A stretch of DNA of 64,000 nt from assembly GCA_951406725.2 (NCBI GenBank), contig OX597818.1, positions 47,368,001 through 47,432,000 of the forward strand. Reading direction: 5' to 3'. Under the pieces are notes generated by a model. That model was not told the origin of the DNA. It searched no databases and saw only the letters and a list, made by a program, of their open reading frames with translations. The DNA comes from Octopus vulgaris (taxonomy: Eukaryota). Shown here one piece after another: positions 13,149 through 25,854 of this stretch. The translations under genes were made by a program, and so were the position numbers. Within the stretch, counting starts at the first letter, position 1; each line of letters starts with the position of its first letter.

Positions 13149-13640
13149 GTGGCAACAAGGAAAAACTAATTAACTAATTAACTAATTAACATGGAGAGTT
13201 TAAACTAATTCGCGTAGAGAATTAAAAACCTCAACAAAAAAGAAACAAGAATCTTGCGCAAACTTATGAAAATTGTGAAATATGGAAGACTTGTTAGCTG
13301 GGATAGTTGAGTTGATAACCAAACCGGAAAATAAATTTTCACCTGACCATGTCGCAAATTCCATATCATCAGCATCGTTTAACGTCCATTCTCCATGCTA
13401 GCATGGGTTGGACGGTTCAATCGGGGATCTGGGAAGCCAAAAGGATGCACCAGGCTCCAGTCTGATCTGGCAGTGTTTCTACAGCTGGATGCCCTTCCTA
13501 ACGCCAACCACTCTGTGAGTGTAGTGGATGCCTTTTATGTGCCAGGCGAGGCTGGCAATGGCCATGATCAGATTGGTGCATTTTACGTGCCACCGGCATG
13601 GAAGCTAGTCGAGGCGGCGCTGGCATCAGCCAATATAACG

Positions 13641-13693
13641 TTCCCGTGCCGGGAATCGAACCCGGGCCGCCTGGGTGAAAGCCAGGAATCCTA
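13641..13693 (-). pseudogene. 5'-truncated tRNA-Glu(TTC) copy
   Basis: taggattcctggctttcacccaggcggcccgggttcgattcccggcacgggaa: anticodon stem cctgg/ccagg with loop CT-TTC-AC, intact T arm, 3' acceptor strand; first about 19 nt missing; no CCA. Confidence 0.92.
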
Positions 13694-15697
13694 TGTAAAT
13701 TCAAATATGACCCTGATGAAGGCTTACTTTTGAAGATTTCAACAGATGTTTGGAAAAGAATGCCAGGATTGGGTGGATTATATGAAAACGTGTCTAGTTT
13801 TAAGAACACTGGCGACAGCAGAGCATGAGAAGTATAGTAACTTCATATTGCCAAAGAAAAGCATCTGACATAAATTTCACCAACACAGTTGACATTTGTG
13901 CAAAATGTTTAGTGAAAAGAGCTCACTGGTTAATACTACATGGGAATGTTTAAACATGGAAAAGAGCGAAGATGACTTCACTACTTACACAGGTCAAGTC
14001 AACAAAGAATGTGAGGGATTTAGGCTAGATATGCTTACTCCAGATTCTTTAAGGTGTTTGATTTTTGCACAAGGATTGACAGATAGAAGGGATGCAGAAA
14101 TCCAAAACAGAATTCTATCAAAACTGGAAATGAACCAGGATTTGACATTGCAGAAACTGTCGGAAGAGTGTAACAGGATATTAAAATTAAGGCAGGACAC
14201 AGAAGAAATTCAATGGAAAGAGTATTTCCAAATAAGACCAGTGCAAAAAAGTCAGAAACAAATAAAGTATTGCAGGAAAAACAGAAAAAATATTGGGATG
14301 TAGACCCATGTATGGCATGTGGTGGGATCATCATCATCATTGTTTAGTGTCCGCTTTCCATGCTAACATGGGTTGGACGGTTCAACTGGGGTCTGGGAAG
14401 CCAGAAGGCTGCACCAGGCCCAGTCTGATCTGGCAATGTTTCTACGGCTGGATGCCCTTCCTAACACCAACCACTCCATGAGTGTAGTGGGTGCTTTTTA
14501 TGTGCCAGACGAGGCTGGCAAACGGCCACGATCGGATGGTGCTTTTTACATGCCACCGGCACCTAAAAGAAGATTGTCCATATAAAAAGGCAAAGTGTTT
14601 TCATTGCAGGTTTACAGGACATAAAATCAAACGGCAAAACTAGAATGTTAGAAAAATGGAACAAACAAGAAAAAATAAAAAGGGTTTGTCAACAGGAATG
14701 TTGTAACTTCAACAAACAGAAAATTCGTGAATATGAGAATTGAAAACATTAGTGTCAGAATGCAATTAGACACAAGAAGTGATATCACAATCATAAATGA
14801 GAAAACATGGGAACAAATGGGTAAGCCAAAATTATGTAGTTCAAACAAAATAGCGTATGGTGCTTCTGAAAGAAGATTATATTTCACAGCGAATGCATTT
14901 GTAATAATATAATGTTCAATGGTCAAACCAAAAAGAATGAATGTTTATGTGTTGAAAAAAATCCATGAATTTATTTGGCACTGAATATGTGAAGGAATTT
15001 AATTTATGGGATACATCCATAAGTGTTTTGTGCAATAGTGTAACTCTCAGAGTGGTTGGTGTTAGGAAGGACATCCAGCTGTAGAAACTCTGCCAGATCA
15101 GATTGGAGCCTGGTGCAGCCTTCAGGCTTGCCAGCCCTCAGTCAAACATAAAACTATAGCATCGTACCACCCTAGATTGAATGGAAGGTCCAAAAGGTTC
15201 GTGGACACCTTTAAGAGGGCTTTAAAGAAAGCTAATAAGGAAGGCACAAGAGGAGGTCATGATCCAACAATACTTATGGGTATACAGGGTAACTCCAAAC
15301 CCAAATGTACCAGAAGGAAGTTCACCAGCAGAAAGGTGAAGTCAGTATTCAATAAACTGTTACCAGTGGCGTAAAAAGTACATGCTAGTAAAGACATGCC
15401 AAAATTCTTTAGAATCGGTGATAAGATATATGTAAGAATGTACAAAAATGGCCAGCAATACTGGGAAAGAGAAACTGTAACATATATAGGAAGAATGATG
15501 TTTGGCGTTAGAAGCAGAAATGGAATGGAAAGGAGATGTAGAAATCAACTGAAGGTAAGAGTCATAGAAAAGGAAGCAACAAGAGTAGAAATACTGATGG
15601 ATTGGCTATATGGCAATTTTCAGGTTCAAGGAAAGGGAAGAACACCAAACTCCTAAAAGCAGACCCTAAGAAGAAAAGATATTGAGTATATATATAT

Positions 15698-15903
15698 TCA
15701 ATGTGACAGTGTGTATTGTTGGCGATTTTCTTCCTCCGTCTTCCCTTCCTTGGACCTTTCCTTTTTCTATGTTTCTGACAAAGAGCTCCGCTCAAAACGT
15801 TACATCCTCCTTTTTTTTCTTTCCTTTCCTGAGCGTCCAATAACACTATACATGTTCCACGTCCTCACGTTGTTGTGTTTTCTCTTTGTGTTTTCATGTT
15901 TGG

Positions 15904-15906
<3 letters not shown>
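15698..15906 (+). mobile_element. Penelope-like pseudo-LTR remnant with degenerate hammerhead core, inserted in (TA)n
   Basis: ctgacaa-a-gagc-tcc-gctc-aaaa-cg at 15775-15799; (TA)n on both sides. Confidence 0.55.
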
Positions 15907-15952
<46 letters not shown>

Positions 15953-16008
15953 TGAGGTAGAGTGAATAAAAGAAATTGATTGTCAAATAAAAAAATTAAA
16001 AGGGGAAA

Positions 16009-16345
16009 TGTATAGTGAAACTGTACACCCCTCCCAGTAAAAAGTGGTAGTAGCCAGCCATTATAAACAGACCATAGCCAGTCAAGAGAAGGTCAAAGGT
16101 CAAGAGTATGAGAAGACTGTGTTGATAGTCATGCTTGTGCTGATATAGTAATTATATTGTGATACTGAGTGGATGTTATAAACAATCCAGTCTTTTGAGG
16201 ATAATAACACTGTATGACTGGCAGTCACACAGTGTTAGATAGAAGCATTCTATCAACAACGACTTCAGAATATAACAATATCTGTCAGAGCGACAACTGT
16301 CATCAAGAGACAGATACAACAGTGGCAAAAGACTGCTTTACAATA
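16009..16345 (+). repeat. 3' LTR
   Basis: Begins TG directly after the polypurine tract; direct repeat of 12820-13148. Confidence 0.9.
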
Positions 16346-16734
16346 CCTTCCTTATGCCAACCACTTTACAGAGTATATTGGGTGCTTTTTTTTCATGGCA
16401 CCAGAACTAGTGAGGTCACCGTGCAGTTTGCAGGACCATGATCCTTCAGGGAGGAGGGGGATCTGCATGTCTACTCACAATTAATAGGGAAAGGAGAGAA
16501 AAAGAAAAAGAGAAAATGACCAGTAGGAGCTGTAAGAGACAGACAATGGTAATTAGGTTCCAAAGTGGCCAGCACAAGGTGAGTAAAAAGCAGGTAAATG
16601 ATTTGCAAGATTGTATAGGAGGGAGATGAGGGGATGGGAAGGGAAACTATCAAAATGGATACGGTTGAAGGGTGGAGTGAACCAAGGTGTTATTGGTAAG
16701 AACTGTATTTGGAACATCAATATGGAGCAAAAGA

Positions 16735-17350
16735 AACTGGCATGAAAGTGAAAATATGAAAGGCTGTTGAATGTGGGGAATGCATGGAATATGCAAGGAT
16801 TACCACATGTTGACCCTATAAAGGGGCCAGCAATTCAAATTGACAGCAATGTGATAGTAATTAAGGATATGAAGAAGGTGGAAAGCCATGGGTCATCAGG
16901 GATAGTTGCAGAGAGGTTTAACCCTTTAGCATTTAAACTGGCCAGATCTGACCCAAATATTCTACGTTTTATGGCAAAATTGGTCAGATCTAGTTTCTCA
17001 CACCTATTCTTGAAATATACAATCACATCATTGAAATCTCAATGCTACGAGATAATACAAGATTAATTCAAAACAATGTGAATAAATAAGTATTACATTT
17101 GACAGTAAATCTGAATGCTAAAGGGTAAAAATACCTGAGGAAATGGGGTACGAGATTATTATCCAGACAGTTAATCAAGTTATTCAGGAAGGTGTCATAC
17201 CTAATGACAGGTGTAGCAGTATCATTGTAAACTACTAAAAGGGCAAAGATGATGCCTTGGAGAAAATCAGCTATGGGGGGAATCGAACTTCTAGACCAAA
17301 TTATGAGGGCCACAGAGAAAGTCATAGCCCAACTGATCTGTGATAGAGAA
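16735..17350 (+). mobile_element. Old RTE fragment interrupted by a piggyBac-like MITE
   Basis: LPHVDPIKGPAIQIDS...GSSGIVAE parallels the 8299-8766 ORF. Confidence 0.8.
16922..17125. mobile_element. piggyBac-like MITE (CCCTTTAGCATT TIRs, TTAA site)
   Basis: Same element at 19209-19429 and 61193-61412, degenerate at about 51697-52327. Confidence 0.82.
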
Positions 17351-18230
17351 GATGCATCTGTGATGCCTCTGGAAGAGGCACCACATGCAACCTTTTGAGG
17401 CAAAAACCAAACTGCAGTTTAGTTTGAAGCTTTTATAATGCTGCTCTCCAGTGCATAACCATTGCCTATATAGCAGTTCACTATGATACTAATATACTAA
17501 TTACTGGGGACAACATTGCCCTGCACTGAAAGATTGACTAAGCAACAAACAGATTTACATAGTTTCATGTCTTCAATATCTCGATAACTTTTCCAAATGG
17601 ACCTGCTATTTTCCCTATCTTCATCTCACAGATAGCTATTATTAAATTAATTAATAATTAATTTAATAATACACTAAATAATAAAACACTAAAATTAACC
17701 TCAATAGTTAGCTCATCTATTAGTTCCACTGCCACAATTATCATCATCATGTAACGTCCATTTTCCATGCTGGCATGGGTTGGATGGCTTGATAGGAACT
17801 GGCGAGGCCAGGAGCTGTACCAGGTTCCACAGTTTGTTTTGGATTGGTTTCTACAGCTGGATGCCCTTCCTAACACCAACAACTTTACAGAGTGTACTGG
17901 GTGCTTTCACATGGCACCAGCACCAGTGCATTTTACATGGCACCAGCAGCAGTTCATTTTATGTGGCACCAGCACCAAAGCTTTGTACGTGGAACCAGCA
18001 CCAAATCATATTTGTTACTCAACAAACTATCCTAATAACATATCTGTCTCTTTCTTGTCAATGGAGCCAAGCGAACTGGAATTGTTTTAGACAAACTTCT
18101 GCCCAAACTGACTCACACGAACACACTACTTTACTATTCAGAACAATCCATGCCTCTCATTAGCAAACTCCAACATCTCTCCTCAAAGGAGGAGGAGACA
18201 AAACCAAATAGAAAATTATTCTAAATAATT

Positions 18231-18611
18231 TCGTTTTTGGATTTGGTTTGCAAGATTCTTTATATGATTTCGTGTGTTGAAGCATATTGTTGTGTCTGGG
18301 GAGAGTCATTTTCTTTTTGTGCCTTATAATGTAACACACTCACCGGTAAAATTTCCACTATTTTTCTTATTTTTATTTTTCTAAAATTTCCACTTTTTTC
18401 TTATTTTTATTTTCCTAAAATTTTCATTGCGTCTTGCAACCTTTTCAATAGTCAAGACTAATAGTAAAAATAGTCAAGACTATAGAAAAGGTTGCAAGAC
18501 ACAATGAAAATTTTAGGAAAATAAAAATAAGAAAAAAAGTGGAAATTTTGCCATTGAGTGTGTTAAATAATAAGGCACAAAAAGAAAATGACTCCCCACA
18601 CACAACAGTAT
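18231..18611. mobile_element. Fold-back insertion with 14-bp TSD (possibly Penelope-like)
   Basis: About 18283-18452 is inverted at about 18478-18612; tattctaaataatt duplicated at 18217 and 18612. Confidence 0.7.
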
Positions 18612-18869
18612 ATTCTAAATAATTACAACTGGATTAAAATGAACTGAGTTATAAAAAGGCAAAGATTTTAATTAGTCGATAAACAAAAATATTTTTTTAT
18701 GGACTAAAATCCAAAGGTACAACATAAAACTGCTGAGGACAAAAACAGCACATCAGCAGAAAGAGTAAATAAACAAAAGAAAAAATAAACCCTTTTCCAT
18801 TTAGTAAAAAATCAAGGATATAGTACAGAATGCAATGCTATCAAAATAAAAATTCTTCTTTGAGGTTAT

Positions 18870-19110
18870 CAGCAACATTGAGTGGAGCTGATAAATTTGA
18901 AAGGAAGTGAAAACTGACCGAGTAGTTCTGATCTAAAAGTAAAACCAAAAAGTTTTATAATCATTGCAGAAGGTTACTCAGAAGAAGCATTCTGGAAAAT
19001 AGATTAAATGGGACACGGCAAATGTAAATTATGCAACAAATATCAGGAAACAATTAATCATATTTTGTCAGGCAGAGTCTAAACCAGATTTCAAACATAA
19101 CTATGACAGG
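18870..19110 (+). mobile_element. R4/Dong/NeSL-like non-LTR fragment (C-terminal zinc knuckle)
   Basis: Manual translation GKCKLCNKYQETINHILSG. Confidence 0.6.
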
Positions 19111-20286
19111 GTAAGAAGTGTGTGTGTGTGTGTGTGTGTAGAAAACCGCTGACAAAAATGTACATGATACCAAATTTTGACCCAACAACAATCAGAACAA
19201 GTCTTTAACCCTTTAGCATTTAAACCAGCCAGATCCAGCCCTAATATTCTGCCTGTTCTAAGTTCAATCAAGCCAGGTCAGGCCTCTTACACTTACCCTA
19301 CAATGTCATAAATAAACAAAAAACCAATCACATGATCGAAATCTTGAAGTGACATTAAAATGTACGATTATTTTAAAACAATGACAATAGATAAGCAATA
19401 TATTTGACAGTAATCTGAATGCTAAAGGGTCAAAACTTTCATTGAAAATAGCTATTTCAATATATTTGCAAAAACTGATTAGAAAATTACCAATCATTAA
19501 TTAGATAGTGTAGGTGCAAGTATGGCAGTGTGGTTGAGAAGTAAACTTCACAATCACAAGGTCCAAGGTTCAGTCCTACTGACAGATGGAAACGGTACAA
19601 AGTCATGTGTGTGTTATTTTTTATTTGCTTCAGTCATTAGACTGTGGCCATGCTGGGGTACGGCCTTGAAAAATTTTAGCCAAATGAATCAACCCCAGTG
19701 GTTACTTTTTTGCTTTTTTAAGTTTGATACTTATTCTATCAGCCTCTTTTGCCAAACTGCTAAGTTACCGTTTAACATCTGCTTTCCATGCTAGCATGTG
19801 GACATAAACACACAAACACAGGTGTCAAGTAGTGGTGGGGGATACAGACACAAAGACACACACACATCTGTTTTCAGCACTTTACATTAACCCCCCCCCC
19901 CCCCCTACAAATCACTGAGTCAGAGACGATTATGTTCAATGATGTTTCCCTATCAAAAAATCATTTGGTAACCCTTCACTTCCGAAAACAAGTGGAACAA
20001 AACCTCATGCCTTGATAATATACAAGTAAAAAAAAACCCACCTGTAAAATGAACAATAGAACAAACAAGTGAAAAGAGTTAAGATGTTTTTCTTTATCAA
20101 TATATTGATCACACTAACCAGAATACCATTTGGGAAGAAGTTAAACTATCAAACTATGAAAAAACCAAGAGACTGGGCTAAACTGTATGAGCAACATGCA
20201 TATAGAATATTTAACCATTATAGGAATGTAAGATGTAGCTAAAAACAAACATTAAAAAAAGCAAAATAATATTCTGTTTACATATC

Positions 20287-20482
20287 ATCATCATCATCGT
20301 TCGACCGTGGTCAAGACAATGGAATTTACCATGCTACGCCAGACTTCAAGGTCCATCATGGCATTACGGAGGTCCTGTTGCTGGATGCCTGTATCCCTGG
20401 AGATTACATCAGGGTAGGAGAGTGTGCACCCTCTGGTATTGCGAGTAGATGGCTTCCAGAGGAGAAGAGTAGAAATTACCTG
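20287..20482 (-). mobile_element. RTE-like LINE 3' end with (ATG)n tail
   Basis: ISTLLLWKPSTRNTRGCTLSYPDVISRDTG...AMMDLEVWRSMV. Confidence 0.75.
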
Positions 20483-20484
20483 TT

Positions 20485-20485
<1 letters not shown>

Positions 20486-20568
<83 letters not shown>

Positions 20569-20592
20569 TAATAATAATACTAATAATAATAA
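20486..20592. repeat. Compound microsatellite (TAC)n(TAA)n
   Basis: Direct reading. Confidence 0.97.
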
Positions 20593-23500
20593 TGGTTTCA
20601 AATTTTGCCACAGGGGCAGAAATTTTGGGGAAGGGGTTAAGTCGATAACATCAACTCCAGTGTTCAACTGGTAGTAATTTTATCAACCCCGAAAGGATGA
20701 AAGGCAAAGTTGACCTCAGCGGAATTTGAACTCAGAACATAGCAGGAGACGAAATACCGCTGAGCATTTTTACCTGGCATGCTAACAATTCTGCCAGCTC
20801 ACTGCCTTAATAATAATAGGCTTTTCTCTAGGCACAAGGCCTGAAATTTTGGGGGAGGGGGTAAGTTGATTACATCGACCCCCATTGCTCCACTGGTACT
20901 TATTTTATTGAACCCTGAAAGGATGAAAGTCAAAATCGACCTCAGAGGAATTTGAACTCAGAACATAAAGACAGACAAAATGCCACTAAGCATTTCGACC
21001 AGCATGCTAACGATTCTGTCAGCTCACTGCCTTAATAATAATATTCTGCCCAATACCACAGATTTGTTTGTCAGTTGTTTGACTGTAACCAGTTGACCAT
21101 GTCCCTTAGTGGCTGATGATATAGGCATCTCTGACCATGAGCAGAAGTAGTGAGAGAAAATCACAGCCATGTGTTGAGAGAAATTCTTTGGAGTTTGAAT
21201 AATTCACCCCTGGAAACATGGGCATTTTATTCAACATCCTTAAACAACCCTTATTCAGGGACCTTTTGAGCAGAATGAGCTACTCAACTTGAAAAAAATT
21301 CTAACTGGGCCCCAGTTGCAAAGTCATGGTACTTATTTTATCACCTCCCAAAAGGAGGAAAGACAAGCTCAGCCTCAGGGGCATTTAAACTCAGTGCATA
21401 AAGAGCCAAAAGACATGGAGCTTAAGTATTTTGTCTGGCACAGTAAGTGAGTCTGCCAACATCCTGCCTGAGTCTTCTTAAATAACGACAATAGCAGTAA
21501 GTGTATGGCCACTCTGAAAGGTCAATTTACTTGTCCTCCCAAGCTCATTAGTAATTAGTCAGCCACAAAAATGCTAACAACTGGCAGATCACAATCCCAT
21601 TTGATAATTTAAGTACTCTTCTGGATGAGAAAGGAATTAAAATGGGGTGGAAGAATATATGACAGCAGTCACTTTAGTGACAGTAGTCACATACACTTCT
21701 CTATTTTATATCAATTAGTCAACAATGGTGTCATTGGTTCTAGAATTCCAAGGAGTCAATCATTAGTTCATTACATTTCTGACAGTGAGAATGAAAAGGC
21801 AGTATCTAACCAAATCTAAGGAACTTTGTGTGTAAAGCACCAGTTTATTTATTTTGTTCTCACCAATGTTTATATTCGATGCCAATATAGACATATAACT
21901 GACGAATGACACTCGCACATAAACATATATATAATGGGCTTTTGTGTAGATTCCATCTACTAAATTCCAAGCATGGCAGTGTGGTTAAAACATTTGCTTC
22001 CAAACCACATAGTTTCAAGTTCAGTCCAACCTCATGACACCTTGGGCAAGTAACTTCTACTATAGTGCTGGGCTAACCAAAATCTTGTGAGAGGATTTGG
22101 TAGATGAAAACTGAATGGAGTCCATCATGTGTGTATGTGAATGTTTGTATTTTATGCCGCCTTGTCTTGACACCATTTGGTACATGTAAATGAGTGTCAC
22201 TGTCATACAAGCAGTGTCATTCATTTCCAATATCCTGCAAAAAAAATGTCTGGCCTTGGGGAAATATTGTCTTGCTTGGAAATAGGGATGGTATCCAACC
22301 ACTGCCATGTAAAAAGCACCTCCGCCAATGTCACATAACAAGCACTTGTGCCAGTTCCACATAAATAGCACTTGTGCTGGTGTCACATAAAAGGCACCCG
22401 TGTTGGTGCCACATAAAAGGCTCCCATGTTGGTCCCACATAAAAGGCACCCGTGCTGGTGCCACATAAAAGGCTTCCGTGATAATGCCACATAAAAGGCA
22501 CCTTTGCTGGTGCTACATAAAAGGCACCTGTACTGGTTCCACATAAAAAGTACCTGCACTGGTGCCACATAAAAGGCACCCATGCTGGTGCAACATAAAA
22601 AGCACCTAGTACACTATGTAAAGTGGTTGGTGTTACAAAAGGCATCCCGCCATAGAAACCATGCCAAAACAGACAACTGGAGCCAGTGCAGCTTCCTGAT
22701 TTGCCAGCTCCTGTCAACCCATCCATCTCATGCCAGCATGGAAAAGGGATGACGATGATGATAAGACTGACTATACATATCCTTATGACAACAATACAAT
22801 AAGAATTCTTTCGTATTTGGCCAATACCAACAATTTTAAAGGAAAAGGGTCAGGCAATTACATACAGTAACAGTATTTGACTGACTGGTACTTCATCAAC
22901 CCCCAAAAGGATGAAGGCAAAGCTGACCCTTAGTAGGGTCTGAATTAGGAATATAAAGAGTGGAAAGAAATGCAGCTTGGCATTTTGTCCGATTTGCTAA
23001 TGATGCTGCATCTCGTCACTATTCATGAAAATTGATAATAGTTTCAAAATTTGGCACAAAGCCAGAAAAATTAGGGAAGTGGGTGAAGTTGATTACATCG
23101 ACCCCCAGTACACGACTGATACTTATTTTAGTGAAACTGAAAGACTGAAAGGTAAAATCAACCTTGGTAGAATTTCAACTCAGAATGTAAAAATGAATGA
23201 AATACAGCCAAACATTTTGATCAGTGTGCCAATGAAGCTTTCAGGTTAGCATCTTAACTATAATAATAATAATTAATTCTGGTTTTATTGGCCACAAGGG
23301 CTAACATAAATCAAAAACATGTGAGGACAAACAAAGGGTTTTGCGAAAAACAACAGTCCGAGTAAACATTACAATAACAGCAAAAAATATAACAAATAAA
23401 ACACCCAATAGAGAGAGGTGCTTTGAAAGGTTACTCATGGAAAAACCCATAAAAATAATAATAATAATAATAATAATCAACTAAAGGCCTGAAATTTGGT

Positions 23501-24640
23501 GTGGTGGGGACTAGTTGATTACATCAACACTAGTATTTCACTAGTACTTAATTTATTGACCCTAAAAGGACGAAAGGTAAAGTTGACCTAAGCACCATTT
23601 GAGCGTGGTTGAAGCTAGTGCCGCTGGACTAGTTCCTGTGCCAGTGACACATAGAAAGCACCATATGAGCACGATCAATGCCAGTGCCATCTGACTGGCT
23701 CCCATGCTGGTGGCACATAAAAAGCACCCACTATATTCTCAGAGTGGTTGGCGTTAGGAAGGGCATCCAGCTGTAGAAACTTTGCCAGATCAGATTGGAA
23801 CCTGGTGCAGCCTCCTGGCTTCCCAGACCCCGGTCAAACCGTCCAACCCATGCCAGCATGGAAAGCACGTGTTAAACGATGATGATAAATGCAAAAATGG
23901 ATGAAATGCAGCTAAGCATTTTGACCAGTATGCCAATAATTCTGCCAGCTAGGATCCTTTCTACTATTGGCACAAGGCCTGAAATTTTGTGGGAGGAAGA
24001 TAGACAATTACATGAACCCCAGCTTTTCACTGGTACTTAATTTATCAACCCCAAAAGTATGAAAGGCAAAGTCTACCTCAGCAGAATTTGAACTCAGAAT
24101 GTAGCGACGGGCAAAATACTGCAAAGCATTTCACCCAGCATGCTAATGATACTGCCAGCTCACCGCAATAATAATGATAATAATAATAATAATAATCCTT
24201 TCTACTGGAGATACACAGCCTCAGATTTGTGGGGTGGGGACTAGTTGATTATATCGACCCCAGTGTTTCACTGGTACTTAATTTATCAACCTCGAAAGGA
24301 TGAAAGGCAAAGTCGACCTCGGTGGAATTTGAACTCAGAACGTAGTGATGGCCAAAATACTGCTAAGCATTTCATTTCATCCAGCATGCTAATGATTCTG
24401 CCAGCCACCACCTTAATAATAATAATCCTTTCTACTACGGGCACAAGGCCTGAAATTTTGGGGGAAGAGGCAAGTTGATTACATCGATCCTAGTACTCAA
24501 CTGGTATGTAAATTATTGACCCCCAAAGGATGAAAAGCAAAGTTGACCTCGGCAGAATTTGAACTCATAACATAGCAGCAAATGAAATACCACTGAGCAT
24601 TTTGCCCAGCATGCTAACGATTCTTGTCAGCTCACCATAA
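20593..24640 (-). mobile_element. Cluster of about 8 co-oriented family-B SINEs, mostly separated by (AAT)n
   Basis: Copies at about 20593-20810, 20820-21035, 22800-23020, 23040-23255, 23480-23950, 23953-24170, 24196-24415, 24425-24640. Confidence 0.85.
22305..22610 (+). repeat. About 26-bp minisatellite (cacataaaaggcacccgtgctggtgc) inside a family-A element
   Basis: About 11 imperfect units directly upstream of the RTE tail. Confidence 0.88.
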
Positions 24641-25793
24641 TAATAATAATAATGATGATGATGATGATGATGATGATGATGGCAGATAACAAACAGACAA
24701 ATTGACCATTTATAATCAAAGCCCACTAGATAATTAAGTGTTATGAGAGATATATGAATCCTAAGAGGCAACAACAGATGTCTAAAGAGAAATAATCCAG
24801 ACAAAAAGATTTAGAAATAAAGACAGCCAGAATATAGATACTGAAAATAGACACAGAACCTAACACTGGGAGCAATGGAAATGGTAGAAAAAAAGATAAA
24901 TATATAAAAGATTCCATAATATAGAAATAAACAACATTATGATGAATGGTATTGATATAATGATTGCAGATGTACACAAGCAACACATAAAAACATACAC
25001 AAACTGTATATACATAAATACATACAGAAGCACTGTGTGTATACAAATACATACACAAACATGCTCACAAATAAATACTCAAGGCAAATTATACTCAGAT
25101 ATACAGCGAAATTTCACTGAGATATAATTGTGAAGACAGTAAAAGTAATAATAATGACTGTGAGGTAAGTAGCTTGCTTACCAACCACATGGTTCCGGGT
25201 TCAGTCCCACTGCGTGGCAACATGGGCGAGTGTCTTCTACTATAGCCTCAGGCCAACCAAAGCCTTGTGAGGGGATTCGGCAGATGGAAACTGAAAGAAG
25301 CCCATTGTGTGTATATGTGTGTGGGTGTCTGTTTATCTCCCACCATCGCTTCACAACCAATGCTTGTGTTTACATCCCCATAACTTAGCGGTTCGGCAAA
25401 AGAGACCAATAAAATAAGTTCTGGGGTCAATTTGTTCGAGTAAAGGCGATGCTCCGGCATGGCTGCAGTCAAATGACTGAAACAAATAAAAAAGTACTCA
25501 AGGCACAAGACCGTAAATTTTTGTGGGGAAGGGTGTAGTTGATGCCAGAGCTCAAGTGGTACTTATTTTATCAACCCCAAAAAATGGAAGACAAAGTTAA
25601 TCCCGGCAGAATTTGAACCTGGATCACCAAGACAGTACAAAATGTCAGAAGCATTTTGTTTAGGAGGAGGAGAAGGAGAAGAAGAAGAGACTGTTTCCTA
25701 ACAAACTAAGAAGCACAAACATTCATTCTTTCCAACAGTTTATCTGAAAGAATGACAATATGGTTTCACAGAATGAAAACATACACAAGATGG

Positions 25794-25854
<61 letters not shown>

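Larger units (their letters stand above)
12820..16345 (+). mobile_element. Gypsy (Mag/K02A2.6-like) LTR retrotransposon, internally deleted
   Basis: Direct LTRs, PBS-like gtggcaacaagg at 13149, PPT aaaaggggaaa before 16009; gag (LRCLIFAQGL), protease (VRMQLDTRSDITII), integrase end (NGRSKRFVDTFKRALKK); no RT or RNase H visible. Confidence 0.9.

Noticed and set aside
13641-13693. Functional tRNA-Glu gene or the Gypsy primer-binding site
   Set aside because: Lacks the 5' acceptor strand and A box; lies about 500 nt inside gag, while a PBS-like motif is at 13149
20294-20674. Poly-I/S/T/N/L ORFs
   Set aside because: Microsatellite translation
22305-22610. CRISPR-like regularly spaced repeats (also 10670-10920)
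   Set aside because: Units are contiguous with no unique spacers, lie inside RTE-tail elements, and the context is eukaryotic with no cas genes
24700-24790. Second candidate cryptic ACTL6 exon (ctcttag acceptor near 24758)
   Set aside because: Competing upstream AG, weak donor, early stop and no homology; too weak to report
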